Shown one piece after another: positions 11,690 to 23,235 of a DNA stretch of 64,000 nucleotides. Source of the stretch: Hypanus sabinus (lineage: Eukaryota); the NCBI RefSeq assembly GCF_030144855.1, contig NC_082722.1, forward strand, positions 35,898,001 to 35,962,000, given 5' to 3'. The first letter of the stretch is position 1. Each line of letters starts with the position of its first letter. The notes under the pieces are model-generated. The model ran no database searches and was not told where the DNA came from. It saw only the letters and a list, made by a program, of their open reading frames with translations. The position numbers and the translations under genes were made by a program.

Positions 11690-12900
11690 CAGGTGGCCCC
11701 TGTTTTTCAGACGTTCGCTTTATGACAGCTCACTGTTACGAAAGACCTACATTAGTACCTGTTTTCACTAACCAAAGAGGATTTTCGCTTTTACAAAAAT
11801 GACGCCTACTTTATACGTGTGTTACCCTGAGAAAGACTACGATGACCGTGAAGCCTTGTGCTGGCAGTTGTGTGTAAAGGGGATTTCTTCTTTTTTCTTT
11901 GTTACTGTATATGTAATCAAAATGGCTTCTTTGTTTTGTTAAAAGCAGGAATGCTTCTTTGTTGCGAGAGAGTGCTGGAAGCTTGTTTGGGTTAAAATTT
12001 ACTGATAACGTGAATTGTATTCCTTTGTAAACCAATTGGGATTAATGTTGTTCTTTCTTCTGAGTCTGTAAGCTATTATTGGCGGGCTTTTGGGGAGATC
12101 GGCGCGAGGGGGTGAGAGAGAGAGGGCGTGATGCTGTAAGCTGGGCGAGGAACAGACCCCAAGCGGGGGTCCGAGGCCAGGAGGTACTCCAAGGAGAGGA
12201 GATGAAGCTAGATGTGCTTGGTTGACCACTTCGGATGGTCCTAAGCTGCAAGTTGAGGAGTTCGGAGGGGATTGAATGGTGGCCAGAAGACTTCAGTAAT
12301 TGAGCTCCAATGGTTGTGCATGAAGTGGTTTGGACTTTGATAAGTTTGGCGCCTTTTCTTTATTTTTTCCTTCATATATACTGTATCGTTATTAATCATT
12401 TAGTTATAGTAACCTTTATAAATTGTACTCATTTAATCACATATGGTGTACTGTCTGTTTTTGGGCGAGGCGGGGATATCACACAGCATCCACACCAGCT
12501 GATTACCCAGTTTGGCAGGGCCGAAGGCTGCTCCGCCTAGATGAGAACGAGCTGAGCGAGCCTGAGGCGACCCAGGGGGTTACATGTGTGTGCATGCATG
12601 TATGTGCGCTTGCATGTACATGCAGATTTTTTTCTCCACATCGATTTTGGCTCACTGTCTTCCTGATTTTGATAAGTGAAACTACACCATATATACAATA
12701 TTTCTATTTTATATAGGTTGTATATTTATCATATCATTCCTCTTTTTACTATATGTTCATATTATTTTAGGTTTAATGTGTTATTTGGTATGATTTGGTA
12801 GGTTACTTTTTGAGAATGGGAACGCTCAAATATTTTTCCCATATAAATTAATGGTAATTGCTTCTTCAATTTATGACATTTTGGCTTACAAACGGTTTCA
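11690..12900 (+). mobile_element. Tigger/pogo-like non-autonomous DNA transposon, split by a solo LTR
   Basis: TA followed by caggtggcccctgttttt...cgctttatgac TIR-like start; right end truncated. Confidence 0.55.
11873..12584. mobile_element. Solo LTR (712 bp)
   Basis: starts TGTAA, ends TTACA; 4-bp TSD TGTG at 11869-11872 and 12585-12588; no internal gag/pol. Confidence 0.8.
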
Positions 12901-13341
12901 TACTACTGCCTGTTGCAAATGTTATTACCACAGGATGCTCCCTGATGGTCAGGTTTCAAACTTTTTCTCAACATAGCTAGCAGACCTGCTGATTTACAGA
13001 TCCAGCCTAACCCACAATACTGATACAGTGGAGTTTGCCTACTTTCCTATGACGATATAGGTCTGCACTCACATCACAAAGATCTGTGGGGTGGCAGCAG
13101 AATCAGCCTCTGTGATATTGCCCCTCGGGTGCAGTGCATGGGAAAATCTGAGGGAAGTTGGTGGGAATGTGGGAGAATTGGTTAAGGATGACAATCAGTG
13201 GTGGAAAGAGCTGAACTGGATGAATGGCCTCCTCCATCATGAGAAAAAGTATTAAATAAATATTAATGGCTAGGATGCACAAAGTTCTGAAGTATTAAGT
13301 GCTCAGCTTGTGTAACTTTTAACCTGAAATTGGTAAATTAC

Positions 13342-13452
13342 CTTTCCATGTATAGCTTCAAGATCAATTTCTGCCTTCTTTGCCCATTTCTGCCAAAAGT
13401 TCGGATCATCCAAAGCAATATCACTTCTGTTACCAGATGCAACAAAACTTGC
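13342..13452 (-). CDS. chd9: CHD9 exon ([37 protein letters not shown])
   Basis: tatttcag / AAG|gtaatt; 111 nt. Confidence 0.96.
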
Positions 13453-13885
13453 CTGAAATAGTTAAAAACAAATTCCTGAAGAAACATTCCTGATGAAGAA
13501 ATTCATCCAAACGTTAAGCACTAAAGGAAATCTGAGAACCTGCAACACAGAAAGCCAGATATTCTTCCCTTCTTGGGTCACATATAGATAGTGATTTGCA
13601 ACACAAAACAGCAAATTAACACAACATTAGTAAACTTTAACAAATATTCTGCTCTTATAACCTCTAACAACGGAACTTACAACTCACACAGGGTGGTGAA
13701 TATATGGAATGACCTGGAAGTTGTTGAAACAGGAACAATAGCATCATTTAAGAAGCACTCAGATAGATAGGTGGGGCTTAGAGGGATGTGGGCTGTACAC
13801 ATGAAATTACGATTAGCTGGGTGGGCACTATGGTTGTCACAGACTGGTTGGGCCAAAGGGCCTGATTTCCTGTTGTACAGCCCAG

Positions 13886-14615
13886 AACTTCACACCTACA
13901 GATGCGCTGGGCTGTCCGCACCACTCTCTGCAGAGTCCTGCGATTAGGGAAGTACAATTCCCATACCAGCCAGTCAGGATGCTCCCAAATGTGCCCATGT
14001 AGGAAGTCCTTAGTATTTGGGGACTCATGCCAAACTTCAACCGTCTGAGGTGCAAGAGGTACTGTTGTGCTTTTTTTTCCACCACACAGCTGGTATGTAC
14101 AGACCATGCGAGACCTCGGTGACGCGTGTGCCGAGGAACTTAAAGCTGTTCACCCTTTCAACCCCAGATCCATTGATGTCAATAGGGGTTCGCCTGTCTC
14201 CTTTCCTCCTGTAGTCCACAGCAAGCTCCTTTGTTGTTGCGACATTGAGGGAGAGGTTGTTTTCATGACACCACTGTCAGGACATTTACAGAGGCAAGTG
14301 TGTAAAAAGGGCCCGAGGGATCATTGAGGTTCCGAGTCACCCCAACCACAAGCTGTTCCAGCTGCTAATATCTGGGAAACGGTACTGCAGCATAAAATCA
14401 GGACCAATAGAAAGGGATAGCTTCTTCCATCAGGCCATCAAACTGATTAATTCATGCTGATACCATTGTATTTCTATGTTATATTGACTGTCCTGTTGTA
14501 CATACTATTTAAAACAAATTACTAAAAATTGTACATTTAGTCAGAGACAAAGCGTAAAGATTTTTAATCCTCATGTATGTAAAGAATATAAGAAAAAAAG
14601 TCAATTCAATTCAAA
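13886..14615. mobile_element. Rex1/Babar-type LINE 3' fragment with inverted 5' segment
   Basis: minus 13886-14276 encodes VERVNSFKFLG...KKAQQYLLHLRRLKF...RVVRTAQRICRCE; plus 14277-14615 continues QDIYRGKCVKRARGI and runs to the 3' tail (tcaat)n. Confidence 0.8.
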
Positions 14616-15044
14616 CCATTGCACAAGCTTGCTAATCATTATTTCAGTATCCTCTTTGGATTCACAACTCTCACATATTTACGCTCTTCTAAATCTAAAC
14701 TCATGCACCATTCAGATCACCCTTGCCTACACCACAGGTGACCCTGCGGCCCATTTTCATACATTCTATAAATGAAACTTCTCATCTAGTTTTCTTGGCT
14801 TCAGTGGTGCTGTCCCCATTCCAGCAATGAATTTGCAGCTTCCTATATAGTGACACTGTGGGGGCTCAGCCATGCATGCGAATTGCAAGCTGTTATTGCT
14901 ATGCTCCCATGCACATTTACCCCAGCACCACTGTTCCCTAATTCATGATTAACAAAGCAAGTAACAGTAAACACACACTTTTGAAAAAACCCAGCTGGAA
15001 GAGTTTGGGGACTCCAATCCTATTGCACAAATATACCTACACCC

Positions 15045-15345
15045 TTATGTAGAACATAGGTACAAGTTCTTCAGCACACAAAATCTACACCAACCATTAT
15101 GCCAAATTAAACTAACTCCATCTGCCCGCACCTGATCCACATCTCTCCGTTCTGTTCATGATCTTATGCCTGTCTAAAAGTCTCTTAAATGTCACTATTG
15201 TATCTGCTTCCACCACCCCTTCTGGCAGCACTTTCCACCCTCTTACCATTCTCTGTGTAAAAATAAAACCTGCCTTGTACATCTCCTTTAAAACTTCCTC
15301 CCTCAACTTAAAGCCACGCTCTTTGAAAATTTGACATTTCTGCCC
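15045..15345 (-). mobile_element. CR1-type LINE 3' end
   Basis: FTQRMVRGWKVLPEGVVEADTIVTFKRLLDRH resembles the CR1 ORF2 C-terminus. Confidence 0.75.
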
Positions 15346-15474
15346 AATCCACTTGTGATTCCACCTTGAGGGAGGGAGAGAGGGGAGGGGGAGACTTCCT
15401 TTAGAAGATCAATTAATCAGTGAGATACGTGGATCAGTCCAGGATTCACCAGCTTTTCCTCAGGCACTACCTAC

Positions 15475-15654
15475 CTTGGCAAACGTTGAGCCTCTCCCTT
15501 CAGATTCAATAGTAATTGTTTTTGTACGTCGCATAAGAATCTGATCAATGTCCTCCTCGCAAAACTTAGAACCTTCATCTTCTTCATCCATAATTGCACC
15601 ATAAGCACCCCTACGAAGCAAGTCTTCAATTTCTTTCTTGGACATCTGTTGCAT
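15475..15654 (-). CDS. chd9: CHD9 exon ([19 protein letters not shown]...STFAK)
   Basis: atatag / AAG|gtaggt; 180 nt. Confidence 0.97.
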
Positions 15655-15712
15655 CTATATAATTAGGAATTTAAAGGTAGACTTATTTACTTGAAACAGC
15701 ATTGTTTTAAAG

Positions 15713-15784
15713 CAGGGCTTCCCAACCTGGGGACCCTTTGCATAATGGTATTGGTCTATGACAAAAAAAAGTTGGGAACCTCTG
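15713..15784. mobile_element. Tiny hAT (Charlie/MER5-like) MITE
   Basis: TIR-like ends cagggcttcccaac / gttgggaacctctg; degenerate 8-bp flanks ttttaaag / atattaag. Confidence 0.55.
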
Positions 15785-16258
15785 ATATTAAGGAACCTTA
15801 TTCTGGTCATTCTGAATTCTTCTGAAATTTATATATTTATTTCTTCAAGCTAATTTGGTGAATAAAACTGTATGTGTTAAAAGTCAGCATTAAGATCTCA
15901 TCAATGTTGTAGCTACTTCTGGGCAGTGACTTCCAGAATAAAAACAAGTCATTTTCTCAAGAGAAGATCAAGAGTCATGCAATTCATACAATAACAGTGT
16001 AACAAGTAATTTCTCAAACACAATGTTACACATACTTCAAATTTATGCTTTGCAATTTACGGACAATGAAATTCTTGGAATCATTATTGTTGTATGCTAT
16101 GTAGAATGACTAAATTAAAGTTTTCACATCATAACTGATGAATTATCTCATCGATCTGTTCAATCACTGTGTTGTAAAAAGCATAGAACAGTATGATAGC
16201 AATGTACTAAAATTGCTGGACAGAAATTAAGATTGGAATCAATACTTTCATTACATAC

Positions 16259-16426
16259 CCCACCAACGGTATTCTCTCGACCATTCATACTCTGCAGCAC
16301 AGCTTTGTCAAGACCCAGCTTCAGGCTGGCCTTGTCAAACATTTCCCGTTCATAAGAGTTTCGAGTTATCAGCCTATAAACCTTCACAGCTTTGTTCTGA
16401 CCAATCCGGTGACAACGAGCTTGAGC
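16259..16426 (-). CDS. chd9: CHD9 exon ([19 protein letters not shown]...ENTVGG), motif VI
   Basis: ttttttgaag / GGG|gtatgt; 168 nt. Confidence 0.97.
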
Positions 16427-16589
16427 CTTCAAAAAAAAAATTACCACCATAAAACACTGTTAATTTTCAACAATATGAAACACCTTCTGCTTTACTTCAG
16501 CATGATGCAATCCTACTTCTATCACAATTTTCTAAAATATCAAAGCAAAAATAAAATCACAAAAGGCTTCCAAACAGAAGTCCAAGAGA

Positions 16590-17380
16590 CAGTCCTCATC
16601 AGGGATCGTGGGTGAAGAGGATCAGCAACTTTAAATTCCTGAGTGTTATAATTTCACAGGATCTGCCCTGGGCCCAGCATTACAAAGAAAGCATGGCAAA
16701 CAGTGCCCCTATTTCCTTAGAAGCTTGAGAAGCTTTGGTATTACATCTAGAACGTTGTCAAACTTCTACAGATGTGTGCTGGGGAGTATACTGATCGGTT
16801 GCCTCATGGCCTGGTATTAAAACCCAAAGGCCCTTAAATAGAAAATCCTACAAAAAATAGTGGATACAGGCCAATCCATCACAGGTAAGGCTGTCTGCAC
16901 CATTGAGCACGTCTACATGGAGTGCTATCGTAGGAAAGCAGCATCCATCATCAAGAATCTCCACCACCCAGGACATGTTCTTTTCTCGCTGCTGCCATCA
17001 GGAAGGTGTTACAGAAGCCTCAGGGCTCACAGCAGCAGGTTCAGAAACAGTTATTACCTCTTAACCACCAGGTTCTTGAATAAGTGGGATAACTTCACTG
17101 TCCCCATCACTGAATTGTTCCCACAACCAATGGACTCAGTTTCAAGGACTCATCATCTCACATTCTCAACACTTGTTGCTTATTTATTTATTTACTTGTT
17201 TATTACTTTCTCTTTTGTATTTACACAGTTTGCTCATTGGTTGGTTGTCCGCCCTGTTGGGTGCAGTCTTTTATTGATTTTATTATGTTTCTTGGATTTA
17301 CTGTGTATGCCTGAAAGAAAATGAATCTCAGGGTTGTATATGGTGACATACATGTACCTTGATAATAAATTTACTTTGAA
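16590..17380 (+). mobile_element. Rex1-type LINE 3' fragment
   Basis: CYRRKAASIIKNLHHPGHVLFSLLPSGRCYRSLRAHSSRFRNSYY; 3' UTR ending aataaatttactttgaac. Confidence 0.85.
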
Positions 17381-18564
17381 CCTTCCAAGGGATGAATACA
17401 GGCTCTTCACTCTATGGTACCAGAATTAATATAGTTTTGATTTACTGAGTTACGAAAATCAAAACCTGCTCTCAACTTTATATTGCCTTGACATTGGTTG
17501 ACCTAATGGGATAAGTACCTTCTGATAACTTCAACCATGTGGTGTATTTTCACATTTATTCTGTTTCACAGTAGAAGGCAATATAGTTCAGTCCAATCTA
17601 AGCAAAGCCAATATCAACTTGTATACATGAACAGGCCAATGGTGTCAGTTAAAAATTTATGCTCTTCTTTATACATGTTGTTTAATTTGGTGATCACATG
17701 ATAAGTTGAGCTCAAGCATTATCCTTTGTGTTGTATGACGGTGTCGGAGTGGGTTTTGTGACACAAATAAAACAAAGACAAGATGTTCTTTTTAAAAAAA
17801 AATTCCATAAGACGCAGCTTGCTATTCTTTGAGGTTGAAAGCTGAGAGATGATCTAATTGTAGTGATTGAGATTTGCAATGAATAAATATGGACAAAACA
17901 TTTCCTCTGGATGAGTGATCCAGATTAAAGAAATTTCAACAATGAAATCAGGAAGTACTTAATCACATTTAACTGGGATGGAATCTGGTCTGCAATGACC
18001 TTTCCAGACTGATATCAATAGATTATTTTTAAGATAAGGGGAACTAATAGTAGGATGTCAAGGCACATTAACAGAGTTGAGATTCACATCACCATGATGT
18101 TAGCAAATGTAGAGCCAGAACCAAAAAACTGAATGGCTTGCTCCTGATGATCAAAATTCTGTTGTGATTCAATTAAAATCCCAAGTACAGGTATGGGAGT
18201 CAGCCACACCTGGAATATGGTTTCATAGTGACGAAGTTAGCCTCCTCCCTGTGTAGTAGTCAGTGTTTCAGAATAAATAACAGTAGCCTGGAGAAACGGG
18301 CCCTTTGGTCTGAAAAGGGGCATCAGTTAAGCAAACTGTGAGTTTTTTTTCCCATTCCCTGTCATTCTGCACTCAGACTAAAAATCTGGGGGGGACGGGC
18401 AGGGTGAATAAAACCTGTTTTCTCTCACTCTAACCCTCATGGAACCTTTTGTTTTGTCTTGTTTTGATATAATAATATTTCTAGCCCACAGCTCATTATA
18501 AGCTAAAAAAAAATCCAGATTTATTATTTCACAATAATGAAGAGAGCACTTACAACAATAAGGC

Positions 18565-19590
18565 AAAGGCGATAGACAAAAGGAGAGTCAGTGGGTGTGG
18601 TTTACTTGAACTTTCAAAAGGCCTTTGACAAGGTGCCGTACACGAGGCTGCTTAACAAGATAAGTGGCTGACTACTAGGAGACAAGGAGTGGGAATAAAG
18701 GGGGCCTATTCTGGTTGGTTTCCAGTCACTATTGGTGTTCCACAGGGGTTGGTATCGGGACCACTTCTTTTCACATTGTATGACAATGATTTTAATTTCA
18801 TTTTCATAATTTGTCACACCAGACAGTCAGCCATTCTTGTCTGGTGCTGTGTCAGGACTGGTCTCCCTTTCCGATTAACCGGGTCACTGTATGAACGTTC
18901 CTGACATGACCCTTGTTTTTATGAGGCCGAGTGGCTAGCTTAACGCTCAAACCAGCACGTATGGAAAGCGTGCCGGGGGAGGGGGGGCCAACTGGGTTTG
19001 AACTTGGGAGCCTTCGCTTCCGAAGTCCGGCGATGATGCCACTGCTCTACTGGCTGGTTTCCATGATTTTGATGATGGAATTGATGGCTTTGTGACCAGG
19101 CTTGCGGATGATAAAAAGATAGGTGGAGGGGCAAGTAGTGTTGAGGAAGCAGGGAGTCTGCAGAAGGACTTGGATAGATTGTGAGAATGTGCAAAGAAGT
19201 GGCAGATGGAATATAGTGTAGGGAAGTGTATGGACATGCACTTTGGCATAAGGAATAAAGGTGCAGACTGTTTTCTAAAAGGGGAGAAAATTCAAATTTC
19301 AGAGGTGCAAAGGAACTTGGGAGTTCTTGCAGAGGATTCCCTGAAGGTTAACTTGATGATAGTAAGGCAGGCAGATGTAATGTTAGCATTCATTTTGAGA
19401 GAGTTAGAATATAAAAGCAAGAATGTAATGCCAAGGCTTTATAAGGGATTGGTCAGACTTCATTTGGAGTATTGAGCAGTTTTGGGCTGGTATTGGAGAT
19501 TCATGAGAATAATTCCAGGAGGGAAAGGGTTAATGTACAAGGAGCGTTTGATGACTCTGGGCTTTTACTTGCTGGAGTTCAGAAGAATTG
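18565..19590 (+). mobile_element. CR1-type LINE RT fragment with nested SINE
   Basis: FQKAFDKVP, GVPQGLVSGPLLF, LYKGLVRLHLEY motifs; frameshifts. Confidence 0.85.
18794..19062 (-). mobile_element. tRNA-derived SINE nested in CR1
   Basis: minus strand has A-box-like tagagcagtgg and B box gttcaaacc; TSD ATGATTTT at 18786-18793 and 19063-19070. Confidence 0.7.
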
Positions 19591-19619
19591 TGAAAGTTTT
19601 TTGTTATTATTAATCCAGA

Positions 19620-20415
19620 GCAATATACACAAAATGCTGGATGAACTCCAGAAAGTCAAGTAGCATCTATGGAAATTAATAAACAGCCAACGTTTTGAGT
19701 CAAAGCTCTTTATCAGGATTGGAAAGGAAGGGGCAAGATGCCAGACTAAGGTGGTTGTAGGAGCTGGAAGGTGATAGGTGAAGCCAGGTGGGTGCGGGGG
19801 ATGAAGTAAGTGGTAGGTGGAAAAGGATAAAGGGCTGGAGAAGAGGAAATCCTGATAGCCAAGAAGAACGGACCATAGGAGAAAGGGAAGGTGGAGAGAC
19901 ACAAGGGGAAATGATAGGCAGGTTCAGAGAACGGGTAAGAGGGAGGCCAGAGTGGGGAAATGAAGAAGAGGGAATAAAATTACCGTAAGCTGGAGAAATT
20001 GGTATTTGCTGTATCGGGTTGGAGTCTAATTATTCGGAATATAAAGTGTAACTCCTCCAACCTGATGGCCTCATTGTGGCAGAAGAGGAGGCCATGGACC
20101 ATCATGTCAGAGTGAGATTGGGGACTGGAATCAGAATTGAAATGGTTGGCCACCGGAAAACCCTGCTTGTTGCAGATGGAGTGAAGGTGCTTGACAAAGC
20201 ATTCACCAATTCACACCGGGTCTCACCAATGTAGATGCAACCACATTGGGAACACCAGATACAGTAGACGACCCCAACGGATATGCAGTTGAAGTGTTGC
20301 CTCACCAGAAAGGACTATTTGGTTCCCTGAGTGGAGGTAAGAGAGGAGGTGAATGGGTAGGTGCAGCACTTTTGCCACTGATCGGGGCAAGTGCCAGGAG
20401 GTAGATTGATGGGGA
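19620..20415 (-). mobile_element. Penelope-like element 3' fragment with GIY-YIG endonuclease remnant
   Basis: HFNCISVGVVYCIWCSQCGCIYIGETR is a GIY-YIG core with CxxC, followed by the terminal repeat with a decayed hammerhead (CTGATAA...AAAACGTT). Confidence 0.85.
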
Positions 20416-20554
20416 TTTTTAATTACAAAATTTTATTTTGTAATTGTTCAATATAACTAGGTAAGAAAAAGTACACATTTTACAATCAATAAGTTGCAAT
20501 TCATTACCCCAACAGCCTATTGATAAACTCAATCCACACCCAAATTCCAGTTCA

Positions 20555-20776
<222 letters not shown>

Positions 20777-22204
20777 TTACAGACAATTATCTCCCATACT
20801 TTATTAACATTTACACAGCAATGGTTTACTTTTAAAGCAAATTATTTACACTATGCTTACAATTGTCAACATTGAATATGTAGTGTCTTTGAGAACAATT
20901 GTAAAAACTGTCATCAGCGACACAAGTGATTTAGAACAGTGACATTTCAGATGTAGCTGAGCCTCCAAATCAAAATAAATGGAAGTTAAAGAGGTTAGGC
21001 ACAAAACTTCATGTTTCAGTGCATTATGAATAACAAAGGGGCTTTTACATAAGCTGATAAAAGAGGCTGTGAACACAAAGCAGTGGTGCAGGAGCGTTCA
21101 CGTGGACATGAACAGAATGGAGAGCAACAGAAGCATTACACAACCTGTTGCTAGAACTCAGCCTTTTTTTTCTATCAATCATAGTGCTCTGGATGTCAAC
21201 AAGGGTTACAAGTTTATACGTAAGAATCAATGACTCTACTTGGAAATCTTCATCTGCCCTCCACAGACGTTGTAAGTGTTAATATAGTAGAGTCATCCCT
21301 AGAGTAAAATCATTCACCAATCTCCCCTGCTGCTGATAAACTCTTAACTTTTACCCATCAAAATAGTTTGCTTGTGATGATGGTCAAAAATCAAACACAG
21401 GCAATTCTTTGGTGACAGAGCACTAAATCAACTAATTCATGGACTTGTAACAAAAAATGATAAAGGTGGCATGACCAGCGAGGGGGTGCACCAGTCAGGC
21501 TGTCACAAGTGTGAGGTCTGTACTGTAATGCAGACAAATCTGGCAATTTATTCAACCCACGTGGCTTCAAATTGAATTCAGGAATAATAGTGCCAGTGGG
21601 TATTGTCATTGTATAAATGATTATTTTTCACTTGTCCAAATCTTCAGTCTTACCAGGTGATAGACAAGATAAAACAATCATTATCCATAGATCAAAGCAC
21701 AGTAGGACGTGACAATAACACTGTTTCACGACATCAGAAGGGATGAATGTTAGTGAGGAAAAATGGGTTCAAGTTCCATCTATGTAATTCTCCAACAGAT
21801 GAACTACAACATTTGCTAATTTCCATTTTTTTCTTTCTCATCCATTAACTTGTTATGCTTTTGCTTTGTACTGGTTTTATTAGCCATCTCACAGTAGACT
21901 CGACAAGCCTGAAATCCTTTTTGTTAACCGACACGGCGTTCTGTTGCTGAAGCACCTCATCTAGTTCTCTAACCAGAGAAACAAATCATATTTCTGTGCT
22001 GTATGATGCTGACTTTATTCACATAAACATTCAGATGTGTCTTGTGCTCCACCTGTGTATACTGAAACACCTTACAGCTAAAAGGGAAAAAATACAGATG
22101 CTAAGACCGGATTTCTTAAATATTAGAAACATGATGCATCTAATACTGACAACGTAATGGTTTTAATGGGATTCAAATCCAATCAGTAAACAAACACAAT
22201 GGAA

Positions 22205-22540
22205 GATACTTGAGCTCATTTGGTAACACTTTTGCACCAGAAACTGATGCTGAAGTTGGTGGAACAGGACAAAGTTTAGACTGACATTCTAAGTTAGTTC
22301 TGAATGAGAAGGTGCCACCTTTTAGATGAGGCATTCAGCAGCACCTGCCCTCAACTGGACCCAAGATTCCAGTGTAATATTTTGAAAGTCGGGGTATTTC
22401 CCCTCATTATTTTGACCAATATTCGCCCCCAACCAATACCTAAATGATGAGTATTAATCCCTGAAGACTGTGCTCAGATGACAGTCATACTTCTAAAAAA
22501 AACTTTAAAACTACTTTACCTACTGTAAATCACAGACACC
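22205..22540 (+). mobile_element. Old Deu-domain SINE (SacSINE1/AmnSINE1-like)
   Basis: gaaggtgccacct..tagatgagg...ctgccctc...tggac...agattcca...tattttgaa...gaccaatatt resembles the Deu domain. Confidence 0.55.
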
Positions 22541-22559
22541 CAAGTGAGTGTGCCCGCCA

Positions 22560-23235
22560 TCTCCTCCAAAAACAATTCTAGTTGACTGATTTATCCTCAT
22601 TTACAAATCTTGCATATTTCTGACATCCTCAGCCATCTCCTCTGTATCCTGTCTAGTACAATCACATTTTTCCTCTGATGACATGAACTGTCTACACTAT
22701 TCAAGCTGTGACCTAACAGGCATTATATGCAGCCCTAGCATAATCTTCTTACACATAAAGTGCCCAGGCTAATAAGAAAAAGCCTTTGTATGTCTTGTTA
22801 ACCACATTAATGTGTCCTACGATGTTTATGGCTCTCTGGTGGTTGGCAATATCTTCCTGTTCCTCTACACCTCCTGAAGTTTATTGGTCTCTTTCCTTGC
22901 TGTCCCTCCCCAAATCCACAATCAAACACTTCAATGGATTAAAATTCCATTCCACACTTTACTGCCAAAATGACCAGTTCATCTATATCTTCCTCCGATC
23001 CACCTCTTCATATGCAGTCTAAAGATTTCCACCTCGCTGACAACCACACTGCCAATTTTTGTACTTCTGGTAAATGTTTTTGGCATATGTCCCTACATTC
23101 TAACTTAAATCACTGACAAAGATTACAAAAAGCTATGGAAAAAGGACTAAGCTCTGTGGACCATCAACAGTAACTCTCTTCCAATCATAAAAAAAACATT
23201 CATCAATCCTGACCCTTTGCTTCCTGTCACTGAGC
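22560..23235 (-). mobile_element. Old CR1-type LINE fragment
   Basis: degenerate RT-like sequence (tttgcttcctgtcactgagccaatt; tattcaagctgtgacctaac). Confidence 0.5.

Noticed and set aside
21087-21110. gcaggagcgttcacgtgg resembles the CPEB3 HDV-like ribozyme P2/P3/L3
   Set aside because: The P3 partner (CGC) and a P1 helix are missing; likely chance.
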